Shown here one piece after another: positions 48,796 through 60,243 of a stretch of DNA of 64,000 nt (position 1 is its first letter; each line of letters starts with the position of its first letter). The notes under the pieces were generated by a model. That model made no database searches, had not been told where the DNA came from, and saw nothing but the letters and a program-made list of their open reading frames with translations. Where the stretch lies: NCBI GenBank assembly GCA_963820855.1, contig CAWGBY010000021.1, positions 133,354 through 197,353 of the forward strand, read 5' to 3'. Source of the DNA: an uncultured Acidobacteriota bacterium (GTDB lineage: Bacteria; Acidobacteriota; Vicinamibacteria; Marinacidobacterales; SMYC01). The position numbers and the translations under genes were made by a program.

Positions 48796-51700
48796 ATGAG
48801 CGTTCAGCGAAGAAGCAAGGCCGATCTCCTGGAGGAGATGCGAGAGCTCGAGGAAAGGCTCGAGCATCTCTCCGCGGCCACCGCCGAAGGAGTATTCGTC
48901 CACGAAAATGGGCGGATTCTCTACCTCAACCAGAGCGGCGCCTCGATGTACGGGTTCGGAGCCCGAGGAGCTCCTGAACCGCGACGTCCTGAACCTGGCC
49001 CCGCCGGACTGCCGGCCGGCGATCCTCGAGCGAATCGCGGCGGGATGGGAGAAGCCCTACGAAACGGTCGGGTTGAGGAAAGACGGAACCCGATTCCCCG
49101 TCGAGCTCCACGCCCGAAACGTCGCCGTCGGCCGGAAGACCATTCGCGTGGTCACGGTCCGCGACCTGACCGAGAGAAGGGAAGCGGAGCAGGAGCTGCG
49201 CGAGAGCCAGGAGCGCTACCGCTCGATTCTCGAGAATCTGCACGCCGTCTCCTACCGCGTACGCGTCGCCGACTGCCGCCTTCTGTTTCTCGCGGGAAGC
49301 GTTTCCGAGATCCTGGGCCGAGACCCGGTCGGAGCTCGTTTCGGGCACCCTCCGCTGGGAAGACATGGTGCACCCCGACGATCGCAGCGGCCCCAAGGCG
49401 GAGTGCGCGAAGCTCGGTTCCGGGTCGGGCAATTTCGACTGGACCTACCGGATTCTCCGACCGGACGGCTCGATGCTCTGGGTCCGCGACATGTCCCGGG
49501 CGACCCAGGTAGGCGCGGACATGATGATGGACGGGCTCGTCGTCGACGTCTCTCTCTCGAAGGCGACGGAGCAGGAGCTGAGAATGACCAGGGACGTGCT
49601 CCTTCGCACCGAAGAGCTCGCGCGGATCGGGAGCTGGTCCTGGGAGCCGCAGTCGAACCGAACCACCTGGTCTCCCGGAATGTACCGTCACTATGGATTG
49701 ACTCCCGACGAGTCCTCGTCGCCGATCGACATCGCCACCCAGCGATTCACCCCGAGGACTTCCCCGTCTCCGGGCGCACATGCTGGGCGCGCGCGAGACG
49801 GGACATGCTCGATCCGATCGAGTACCGCGTTCGCGTCGGGGGAGAGGTCCGCCACCATCGCACCGAAGGCGAGGTCCAGCGGGATCTCGCCACGAATTCG
49901 GTGCGGATGGTCGGATTCGTTCAGGACGTCACCGCCCTCCGCCAGATCGAAGAGCAGCGGCGTCGGGTGGAGCAGGAGCGCGACTGGCTGTTCGACATTT
50001 CCGTCGACTTGCTCTCGGTCGCGGGATTCGACGGGCAGCTTCAAACAGGTGAACCCGGCCTGGACCCGAACGCTCGGCTGGACCACGGAGGAGCTTCTCT
50101 CCCGACCCTGGCGCGAGCTCGTCCATCCGGACGACGCCGCATCCACCGCTGCCGCCGGCGCCCGTCTTCGGACGCGGAGAGTCGCTGACCAGCTTCGAGA
50201 ACCGCTACCGGCACAAGGACGGCTCCTACCGTTGGCTCTCCTGGAACAGCCGATCGATCCCCGACGCGGAGCTGATGTTTTCCGTGACCCGCGACGTGAC
50301 CGACGAGAAAACCGCGCGGGATGCCCTCGAGAGCGAAGTCTCTTTCCGCAACTCCATCGTGAAGGGAGCCGCCGAAGGCCTCGCGGTCTGCCACGAGATC
50401 CCGGAGTTTCCCTACGTCGCGTTCACGGTGTGGAACGACCGCATGACCGAGATGACCGGCTACGACATCGAGGAGATCAACCGGCTCGGATGGTACCAGA
50501 CGGTGTACCCCGACCCGCAGATTCGCGAACAAGGCCATCGCGCGCATGAACCGAATGCGGGACGGCGACGACCTCCACGGAGAGGAATGGGTCATCACCC
50601 GGAAGGACGGGGAAACGCGGGTAGTCCGGATTTCGACCTCCGTGCTGAGGACGCCGGACGACGGGGTCCACGTGCTCGCGCTCATGGACGACGTTACCGA
50701 GAGGCGCCGCGCCGAGGAAGCGCTGCGCGAGAGCGAGGAGCGCTACCGGTCTCTCTTCGAGGGCGCGCCCTACGGGATCTACCGCTCGACGCACGGACGG
50801 CCGCTTCGTCGCGGTGAACCAGACCCTCGCGGCGATGCTCGGCTACGCTCCCGCCGAGCTCGAAGGAAGAAACGTGCGCGAGCTGTACCAGGATCCCGCG
50901 GAGTGGAGTCGTCTCGTCCCGGGATCCGGAAACGGCAAGCCGATTCAGGGAGTCGAAGTCGTCTGGACGAGAAAAGACGGCGCGGCGCTGACGGTGCGGC
51001 TGACCGGCCGCCCTCTGGCCGGAGAGGACGGGCTTCCCGCTCGGGCATCGAGATGATCGCGGAGGATGTCACCGAAAGGCGACTTCTCGAGGAGCAGTTC
51101 AGGCAGTCGCAGAAAATGGAGGCGGTGGGTCGTCTCGCGGGAGGCATCGCGCACGACTTCAATAACCTCCTGACCGCCGTTTCCGGGCTACGCCGATCTG
51201 CTCCGGGTTCGCATGCCGCTCGACGATCCGAGGCGCGGCTACGTCGAGGAGATTGGCGGCGCCGCCGATCGCGCCGCGGCGCTTACCCGGCAGCTCCTCG
51301 CCTTCAGCCGCCGGCAGATCCTCCAGCCGAAGGTGGTGAACCTGGAGGAGATGGTCCGGAACGTGGAGCGCATGCTCGGTCGGATCATCGGCGAGGACAT
51401 CGAGCTCGAGACGCGGCTCTCGGCGCGAGCGGCTGCGTCCGCGCCGACGTGAGCCAGCTCGAGCAAGTACTCTTGAACCTCGCGGTCAACGCCCGTGATG
51501 CGATGCCGGAAGGAGGGAAGCTGCTGATCGAGACCGCGGACGTCGAGGTCCTCGAGGGCGACGAGCATCCACCATCCCGGGAGAGGACCGATGCCCAAAG
51601 GCTCGTACGTCTGTCTCTCGGTGAGCGACACGGGAATCGGAATGGACCGCCGGGCCCTTTCCCACATCTTCGAGCCGTTCTTCACCACCAAGGAGCCGGG

Positions 51701-52280
51701 GAAGGGCACGGGCCTCGGCCTCGCCACCGTGTACGGAATCGTGAAGCAGAGCGAGGGCTTCATCTGGGTCTCGAGCGAGCCGGGACGAGGCGCGCGATTC
51801 GAGGTCTATCTTCCCGCGCGTCGCCGAGGAAGCCCAAACCCCGCGAGCGGCGCCGACGAGCGAGCTCACCCGGGGAAGCGAGACCATTGCTCCTGGTCGA
51901 GGACGAGGAAGGTGTCCGCTGCATCGTGAGCGAGATGCTGGAGTGGTACGGATACAAGGTGCTCCGCGCGAACGGCGCCTCCGAGGCGGTCGCGCTCGCC
52001 CGCAGCCACGACGGTCCGATCCATCTGCTGCTGACGGACGTGGTCATGCCCCGGCTCTCGGGCCGAGCTCTGAGAGACGAGATCGTCGACCCATCGGCCG
52101 CGAATTCCCGTTCTCTACATATCCGGATATGCCGGCGAGGATCGCACCCAGGAGCTGCTGAAGAACGGCGCGGCGTTTCTGGCGAAGCCCTTTACCGCCG
52201 CCGCGCTCGCCCAGAAAGTCCGCGAGGTCTCTGACCGCTGCACGGCGAGGCCTCTGACCTCTCGGGCCGGTTTGAGATAA
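48796..52280 (+). CDS. multi-PAS hybrid sensor histidine kinase / response regulator; heavily frameshifted in this assembly
   Basis: Several PAS-like blocks in ORFs 48796.., 48908.., 49365.., 50275.. and 50546... His[26 protein letters not shown]. HATPase [22 protein letters not shown] and [67 protein letters not shown] and [14 protein letters not shown]-terminus by my own translation: [24 protein letters not shown], with TAA at 52278-52280. Confidence 0.75.
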
Positions 52281-52293
52281 GACTTCCAGGATC

Positions 52294-54914
52294 GTGTCGC
52301 TGACGTTCGAAAGCTATTGGCCGTTCGCCCTCCTTCCGGCGCTCGTCTACCTCTGGTGGGTGCGCCGACGCACGAAAACTTCGCTCGACCGTCGCCACCA
52401 GAACGTGCTCTGGGTTTTGAGGGCTCGATCGTCCTGCTGCTCCTCCTGGCCCTCGCGCGGCCCCATCTGGAATCGCCCCGGGACCGCGATTTCCGCGGTT
52501 TTCCTGCTGGACGTGTCCCGGAGCATCTCGCCGGAGTTCCTGAGCGCGGCCATCCAATGGAGCGGAGACGCCGTGGCGGAGGGCGAGCCCGAGCATTCCC
52601 GCTTCATCGGCTTCGCCGCGAGCTCCACCATGGTCGAGCGCGCGTCCGAGCTTCCGCTCGCTCGCGGTCTACGACGGAGCGGCGATGGAGTTCGGGCGCC
52701 GCGCCGCCCCCTCCGGGAGCGATCGATCAGAGCGGCACCAATATCGAGCGCGCGGTCGACAGGCGCTCGCGAGCTTCGCTCCGCGAATCTTTGAAGCGGC
52801 TGGTGCTGGTTACCGACGGGCACGAGACGGAAGGGAATCTCGCGGCCGTCGTTCCCGAGCTCGACGCGGCCGGTGTGCGGGTCTTCACCGTTCCCGCGGC
52901 GGTCCGGGCGGAGGGTGACAGCTGGATCGAGGGCATCGAAGTTCCGAAGGACGTGCGGGCGGGGGAGACGGTCGCTGTCGAGGTCGTCGGTCTTCAGCCG
53001 CGCCGCCAAGAGCGCCGTGGTCTCGCTCGAAACCACTACCTCGCGCCTCGCTCAGCGTCAGGTCGATCTCGCCCCCGGATTCAGCCGGGTCGCGTTCGAG
53101 ACGAAGCTCCCCCAGGCGGGACTGCTGGATCTGCAGGCGCGCATCGAGACGGACCAGGATCCGTTCGTCGGCAACGACTCCCGGGTCGAGACGGTGAGCG
53201 TCGCTCCTCCGCTGCGCGTTCTCTATATCGAAGGGCATCCACCGAGCGCTTCCTATCTCGAGCGCGCGCTCGAGGGGGAGGGTCTCGAAGTCACCGTGGT
53301 CCCCGGCGCTTCCGCGTCCGCGGCCGCGCGACGATTGTCGCCCTACGACGTCGTGATCCTGAGCGATGTCTCCGCGAAGAACCTCGACGCGCAGGCCATG
53401 CTGGCGCTCGAAGCTTACGTGCGCGACGAGGACGGCGGGCTCATCTTCGCCGCGGGCGAGACCAGCTACGGTGAGGAGGGCTACACCGACACCGTCGTCG
53501 AGCGGATTCTCCCGGTCGAGTTCCGCGTGGAAGAGAAGTGGAAGGATCTCTCGCTCGTCATCGTGCTCGACAAGTCCTACAGCATGTACGGGAAGAAGAT
53601 CGCCCTCGCCAAGGAAGCGACCAAGGCCGCTCTCGACCTCCTCGAGGAGACCCACCGGTTCGGCGTCGTCACTTTCGATTGGAATCCGTACGTCACCATT
53701 CCTCTCCAGCTCGCGACCAACAAGGATTGGATCAAGGACGGCATCAGCCGCATCCAGGCGAGCGCCCAGACCAACATCTACCCGGCGCTCGAGCGCGCGT
53801 TCGAGCAGCTGCTGGAAAGCCCCTCGAAAGTGAAGCACGTCATCCTTCTCTCCGACGGCAAGACCTACCCCGACGACTACGAGGAGCTGATCGTGCGCAT
53901 GACGGAGAAAGAGATCACCGTCTCGTCGGTGGCGGTGGGGGAGGAGGCCGACCGGGAGCTCCTCGCGCGACATCGCACGGTGGGGCAACGGCCGCAGCTA
54001 TTTCATCGAAGATCGCCGATAAGGTCCAGCAGATCTTCATCGAAGAGACCCAGATCGCTCTCGAGGCCACGCTGGTCGAGGAGTCGTTCGCTCCGCTGGT
54101 GAAGCGGGAGATCGAGGCCTTCCGGGGCATCGACTTCGAAAAAGCTCCCCAGCTCAAGGGCTACGTGAGCACGCTCCCGCGCGACGCCGCGGAAGTGATC
54201 CTCGAAGCGCAGGACGAGGACCCGCTTCTCGCTCGATGGCACTACGGCATCGGGCGATCGGTAGCCTTCACCTCGGACGTGAAGAATCGCTGGGCCGCCG
54301 ACTGGCTCAAATGGGACGGCTATGGAAAGTTCTGGTCTCAACTGGTCCGCGAGACAGCGCGCCGCAACCACCGTGCCGAGGTGGATTTCAAAGTGGACCG
54401 ACGGGGGAGCGCCGCCGAGGTCGAGCTCTCGGTGGTCGACGCGAGCGGCCATTATCCCCGAGGCCTCGAGCCGGCTCTCCGCGTCCTCGGGCCCGCGGCG
54501 GACGTGAGGACGGTGCCTCTTCGGCAGACCGCGCCCGGCCGCTACCACGCTTCGGTGCCCGTCTCGATTTCCCCTTCGTCTCCGTGGCGGTTCGAGCTCG
54601 ACGCGGAGGGAATTCCGGAAGAGGATCTCGACCAGGTGGGGCGGACGCGGACCGTCTTCTATCCGTATCCGGACGAGTACCGCTTCTACCCGCCCGACGT
54701 CGCGAAGCTCGAGGGGCTCTCCCGGGAGACCGGGGGAAAAGTCGGACCGACCGTGGAGGACATCTTCGCGGTGGGCGACGAGCGCGCGAGCGTCGAAACG
54801 TCTCTCGCGCCGATATTCATGGGCCTCGCGCTCCTTCTGTATCTCCTGGACATCGCCGTCCGGCGCGCGCCGTGGCTCTGGCAGAAGCTCCAGCCTACCG
54901 GTCGAGCTAGGTAG
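52294..54914 (+). CDS. large VWA-domain membrane protein (BatA-like double-TM N-terminus, two VWA-like regions, GATase1-like middle); frameshifted in this assembly
   Basis: SLTFESYWPFALLPALVYLWWVRRR (52294..). AVFLLDVSRSISPEF. RLVLVTDGHETEGN (52317.. frame). LSLVIVLDKSYSMYGKKIALAKEA and HVILLSDGKTYPDDY (52873..). C-terminal part with TM helix IFMGLALLLYLLDIAV (53538..54914). Confidence 0.65.
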
Positions 54915-54915
54915 G

Positions 54916-56074
54916 TTGGCTGCGACCATCGGCAACGCGGCTCCCGCCCGCAGTCGCGTCATCGGTCGTCTCACCGCGGAAGCGCCCGGACCGATGCTCG
55001 ATCGTCGTGGGCTCGATCCACGGAAACGAGCCCGCGGGAGTGGAAGCTCTCGAGTCCGTTGTCGAAAGGCTCGCGCGTGAAAGCCTCATCGCGCGCGGCG
55101 ACTTTCTCGCGTTCATCGGAAACGTCGAGGCGCTCACGCACGGGCGTGCGCTACCTCGACTACGACCTGAACCGGCGCTGGAGCCGGGAGGCGCTCGATC
55201 GTTTGCGCTCCGGCGGACGCGTCGAGTCGCAGCGAGGATCGAGAACGAAAGGAGCTCTACGAAGAGTTGGAGAAGAGCTTCGCTGCGGCGCGCGGTCCCG
55301 TCGCGCTTCTCGATCTTCACACCACGTCGGGGGAGGGGAAGCCGTTCGCGGTCTTCGCCGATACCCTGCGCAGCCGGCGCTTCGCGCGCCGCTTCCCGGT
55401 GCCGGCGATACTCGGTCTCGAGGAGAATCTCGAAGGCACTCTCGCCGATTACGTAGGTGTCCTGGGCCACGTCGCGGTCGCTTTCGAGGGCGGCCAGCAT
55501 CGAAATCCGGACTCGGTGTCGAATCTCGCCGCGGTCGTCTGGATCGCGCTCGCCGAGCTCATGATGGTGGACCCGGCGAGTGCCGGCGTCGACCGCGAGC
55601 GCGCGCGCCTTCGCCGGGCAACGGACGGCATTCCTCCGATCCTCGAGGTCACGTACCGGCACGCGATCGTTCCTCAGGACCGCTTCCAGATGAGGCCCGG
55701 GTTTCGGAGCTTCGATCCGGTCTTCGCCGGGCAGGTCATCGCGGAAGACGCCCGCGGGAGCGTCGGTGTGCCTTCGGACGGATTTCTCCTGATGCCTCTC
55801 TATCAGAAGCTCGGAAACGACGGCTTCTTCGTCGCCCGACGCGTGAGGGGCTTCTGGCTCGCTCTTTCCGCGGCGCTTCGGACTCTCCGCGCCGGACGCA
55901 TCGCCCATTGGCTCCCGGGAGTCACGCGGTCGAAAGACGATCGGAACGCGCTCTGCGATCGATCGCCGGGTGGCGCGCTTTTACGCTCTTCCGATCCTCC
56001 ACCTTCTCGGCTTTCGCCGCCGGAGCGATGACGGAGAACGCCTCACGGTAGAAAGGCGGGCGGAGCTTCCTTAG
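54916..56074 (+). CDS. succinylglutamate desuccinylase/aspartoacylase-family (M14-like) protein; frameshifted in this assembly
   Basis: GSIHGNEPAGVEALESVV (55007..). RYLDYDLNRRW (55059..). ALLDLHTTSGEGKPF, LEENLEGTLADY, AVAFEGGQH (55267..). The start (TTG 54916) and stop (TAG 56072-56074) come from my own reading and are uncertain. Confidence 0.6.
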
Positions 56075-56238
56075 TGCGAGCGCGCTCGCCTCGCTCACTC
56101 GGGGGATCGCGCCCTCCGCGCTCGTCGCGCGGGGAGGACGGGCTCCGGGCCCCGCTGCTCGGTCGGCGCTCCGCAAAGGCCCGTGGGCTCAGAGTGTCCG
56201 GTGCTTCGCTTCTCGCGAGCGGGCCGTTGACGCTCGGA

Positions 56239-56739
<501 letters not shown>

Positions 56740-56803
56740 GTAATCCTCCTGTACGTTGCCGGGAGTTTAGCGGATGGACCTATACGTGCTCCGAGGAGGA
56801 AGG

Positions 56804-58624
56804 ATGTCGCCTCTTGCGAAGATGTTTCTGTTCGCGATGCTGCTCCCGGCGTCGATGAAAGGGGCGAGGCAGACCGGTTCGCTACGAGATTCGTTTCGAT
56901 AACGCCGACCATCACGAAGCCGAGGTGACCGCGACCTTCCGGTCGATCCCGAGCGGCGTCTTCGAGCTCTCGATGAGCCGCAGCTCGCCGGGAAGGTACG
57001 CCCTCCACGAGTTCGCCAAGAACCTCTACGGCCTGCGCGCCGAGGACAGCGCCGGTCGGGCCCTCGCGATGGCCCGGCGCGAGCCGTCGCGCTGGGAAGT
57101 TGACCGGCCACGACGGAAGCGTCGTCGTGCGCTACACGATCTTCGGAGATCGTCTGGATGGCACCTACCTCGCGATCGACAACACTCATGCCCACCTCAA
57201 CATGCCGGCCACGTTCCTCTGGGCCCGGGGACTGGAGTCGAGACCGATCGAGCTCACGATCATCCCGCCGCGATCCGGATTGGAAGGTGGCGACACAGCT
57301 CCGCCCGACGGCCCGGGCGAATCGATTCGAAGCGCCCAATCTCCAGTATTTCTTCGACAGTCCGACGGAGATCGGACCGATCGAGCTCCACGAGTGGGGC
57401 GCGGGCGACGCCACCATCCGCCTCGCGGTCCACCACCAGGGCGGCCTGGCGAAGGGCGAGGCCTTCGCGCGGCTCGCGCGCGCGGTGGTGAAGGAGCAGG
57501 TCGCCATCTTCGGGGAGCTTCCGGGATTCGACTACGGGACCTATACCTTCATCGCCGACTACCTTCCCTATGCCTCGGGCGACGGCATGGAGCATCGCAA
57601 CTCGACGGTCCTCACCGCGAGCCGATCTCTCGACGACCCGCTCGACAACATCGGAACGCTCGCGCATGAGTTCTTTCACTCGTGGAACGTCGAGAGAATG
57701 CGGCCGCGCTCGCTCGAGCCGTTCGACTTCGAGAAGGCGAACCTCTCGGGGGAGCTCTGGTTCGCCGAAGGATTCACCAGCTACTACGACGACCTGACTT
57801 TGAAGCGCGCGGCGATTACCGATCTCGACCGCTATGCCCGGGACATTTCGGGCTCGCTCGACGCCATCGTGAACGCTCCGGGACGCCGTCTTTTTTCGCC
57901 CATCGGCATGAGCGAGCAGGCCGCCTTCGTGGACGCCGCCGTCTCGATCGACCCCACGAATCGCGAAAATACCTACGCTTCGTACTATCCTTACGGGGCG
58001 GTCCTCGCGCTCGGCCTCGATCTTTCGATCCGCGAGCGTTTCTCTCCGCGATCGCTCGACGACTTCATGCGGGGCCTCTGGCGGGCGTACGGGCGGAACG
58101 AGACGCCCTATCAGCTGTCGGACCTGGAGACGATGCTCGCCGAGATCACCGACGCGACCTTCGCGAGGGACTTCTTCGCCCGCTACGTCGAGAAGGGAGG
58201 GCTTCCTGACTACAAGCGTCTCCTCGCACTCGCGGGCCTCGAGCTCCGAACCCCGCGCGCGAAAGAGGTCTGGTTGGGGGCGCGGATCGACATGGAGTCG
58301 AACGAGCTGCGCGTGGCGTCGCGGCCGCTCGCGGATAGCCCGCTGTATCAGGCGGGGCTGGATCGAGGCGACCGCGTTCTCGAGATCGCGGGAAAGGCGG
58401 TCGGGCAGGAACGGAGCGCGGCCGAAGCGCTCGCGGGTTTTGCTCCCGGCGATCGGGTTCCCATTTCTTTCGACAAGCGAGGCGAGCCGCGAAAGGCGGA
58501 GCTGACGCTTCAGGGCGATCCGACGATCGAGGTCGTCTCCTTCGAGAAAGCGGGAAGGGAAGTCACCGCGGCCGTCGCTCGCTTCCGGGAAAGCTGGCTT
58601 TCGAGCCGCACGGCCGGGAACTGA
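56804..58624 (+). CDS. M61-family glycyl aminopeptidase with C-terminal PDZ domain; frameshifted near N-terminus
   Basis: ATG 56804 is preceded by GAGGAGGAAGG. YEIRFDNADHHEAEVTATF, SRSSPGRYALHEFAKNLYGL and YLAIDNTHAHLNMPATFLW lie in shifting frames. ORF 57158..58624 has GMEHRNST, the zinc site LAHEFFHSWNVERMRP and PDZ-like GLDRGDRVLEIAGKAV. Confidence 0.8.
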
Positions 58625-59316
58625 CCCTGTTTCATCCCGCGGGCCCGACGTTCCGGGAGCTGGCCCGGCAGGCCCTGTCCTCGACGGAAAGGGGCTATGA
58701 CCTCCTCGCGCCGAAGTTCGACGTCACGCCGTTTCGCACTCCTCCAGAAATCCTGGGAGGTGCTTCGGACTACCTGCGTCGGGATCCACCTCGCCGGGCG
58801 CTCGATCTCTGCTGCGGCACGGGCGCGATGCTCGAGGTCCTCCGTCCCCTCGCCACGGAGCTCACGGTAGGGCTCGACTTCAGCCGGGGAATGCTCGAAG
58901 TCGCGCGAAAGACGCGGGCCTCTCTGGTTCGGGCCGACGCCCTCGCGCCTCCCTTTGGGGAGGCATTCGATCTCGTCACCTGCTTTTCGGCGCTCGGGCA
59001 CTTCCTGCCGAGCGAGCAAGTGAGGCTCGTGCGAGCGGTCCGGAGCGCGCTTCGACCCGGAGGCCGTTTCCTGTTCGCGACGGGAAACATGCCCCACCCG
59101 CTCTCGAGGTCATACTGGCTCCACCGCGCGTTCAATGCGGCGATGCACGTGAGAAACGCGGTCTGGTCGCCGCCGTTCGTCATGTACTACCTGACGTTTC
59201 TCCTGCCCGAGGCGCGGCTTCTCCTGGAAGCTGAGGGGTTCGAAGTAAGAGTGAAGTCCGGACTCTTTCCTTCACCGTTCGAGCGCTACCTGTTGGTAGA
59301 CGCCCGCCGCACGTGA
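58621..59316 (+). CDS. class I SAM-dependent methyltransferase; start codon unresolved
   Basis: ORF 58828..59316 (LDFSRGMLEVARK, FDLVTCFSALGHF, LRPGGRFLF). The in-frame upstream stretch carries motif I, RALDLCCGTGAM. This frame is open back to 58621, but has no ATG, GTG or TTG before 58828. Confidence 0.65.
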   Translation: MTLFHPAGPTFRELARQALSSTERGYDLLAPKFDVTPFRTPPEILGGASDYLRRDPPRRALDLCCGTGAMLEVLRPLATELTVGLDFSRGMLEVARKTRASLVRADALAPPFGEAFDLVTCFSALGHFLPSEQVRLVRAVRSALRPGGRFLFATGNMPHPLSRSYWLHRAFNAAMHVRNAVWSPPFVMYYLTFLLPEARLLLEAEGFEVRVKSGLFPSPFERYLLVDARRT

Positions 59317-59356
59317 AACAAACCGGGGAAAAACGCAGCGTTGAATGTTTGGGATC

Positions 59357-60190
59357 TCAGGTGGGCGGATACCAGCGGCCGGGCGGCTCCCACGTGCCTT
59401 CCTTGTTCTGGACCGTCAGCACGCGAACACCCTCTTCGGTCACGGCGAGGCTGTGCTCGAACTGTGCCGAGAGCTTGCGGTCCGCGGTGATCGCGGTCCA
59501 GCCGTCTTTCAGGAGCTCCATCTCCCACGTGCCTTCGTTGATCATGGGCTCGACGGTGAACGCCATGCCAGGCAGCAGTCGCTTCAACATCCCCGGAGTC
59601 CCGTAGTGCGGGACCTGAGGAGCCTCGTGAAAACCGCGCCCTACTCCGTGACCCACGAAGTCGCGGACCACGGAATAGCCCAGAGGCTCCACGTGAGACT
59701 GGATGGCGTGCCCGATGTCCCCGAGCCGCGCCCCCGGCCGCACCGCCTCGATACCCAGGCGGTTCGCTTCGAGAGACGCCACCAGCAGGCGCATGGCCTC
59801 GGGGCTCACCTGACCGACGGGAATGGTGGCGGCGTTGTCCCCGTGGAAGCCGTCGACGAGGAGCGTCACGTCGATTCCGATGATGTCGCCTTCCCGAAGG
59901 ACCTGCTTCGCGCTCGGGATCCCGTGACAGATGACTTCGTTCACCGCGGTACAGATGCTCTTGGGAAAACCGCGGTACCCGAGAGGAGCGGCCACCACAC
60001 CCTCCCGACGAACGTAATCCACTTGAAGGTCGTCGATGTCCTGCGTGGTCATGCCGGGCTCGACCTGGCGGAGAATCCATTCGAGGCATTCGGAGGCCAT
60101 CCGGCCCACCGTCGCCATGGTCTCGAGCTCGGCGCGGCTCTTGATGAAGATTCTCCCGCTGGACTCGTAGAAACTGGTGCGCGGTTTCAC
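59357..60190 (-). CDS. map: type I methionine aminopeptidase
   Basis: Intact ORF. FPKSICTAVNEVICHGIP, GDIIGIDVTLLVDGFHGDNAAT, VRDFVGHGVGRGFHEAP, MAFTVEPMINEG, SAQFEHSLAVTE. Confidence 0.9.
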   Translation of the reverse strand: MKPRTSFYESSGRIFIKSRAELETMATVGRMASECLEWILRQVEPGMTTQDIDDLQVDYVRREGVVAAPLGYRGFPKSICTAVNEVICHGIPSAKQVLREGDIIGIDVTLLVDGFHGDNAATIPVGQVSPEAMRLLVASLEANRLGIEAVRPGARLGDIGHAIQSHVEPLGYSVVRDFVGHGVGRGFHEAPQVPHYGTPGMLKRLLPGMAFTVEPMINEGTWEMELLKDGWTAITADRKLSAQFEHSLAVTEEGVRVLTVQNKEGTWEPPGRWYPPT

Positions 60191-60243
60191 ATCCCTATTG
60201 TAACTTTGATAGCGTAAACGTCAGAATCCTGACGGGGGAACCC

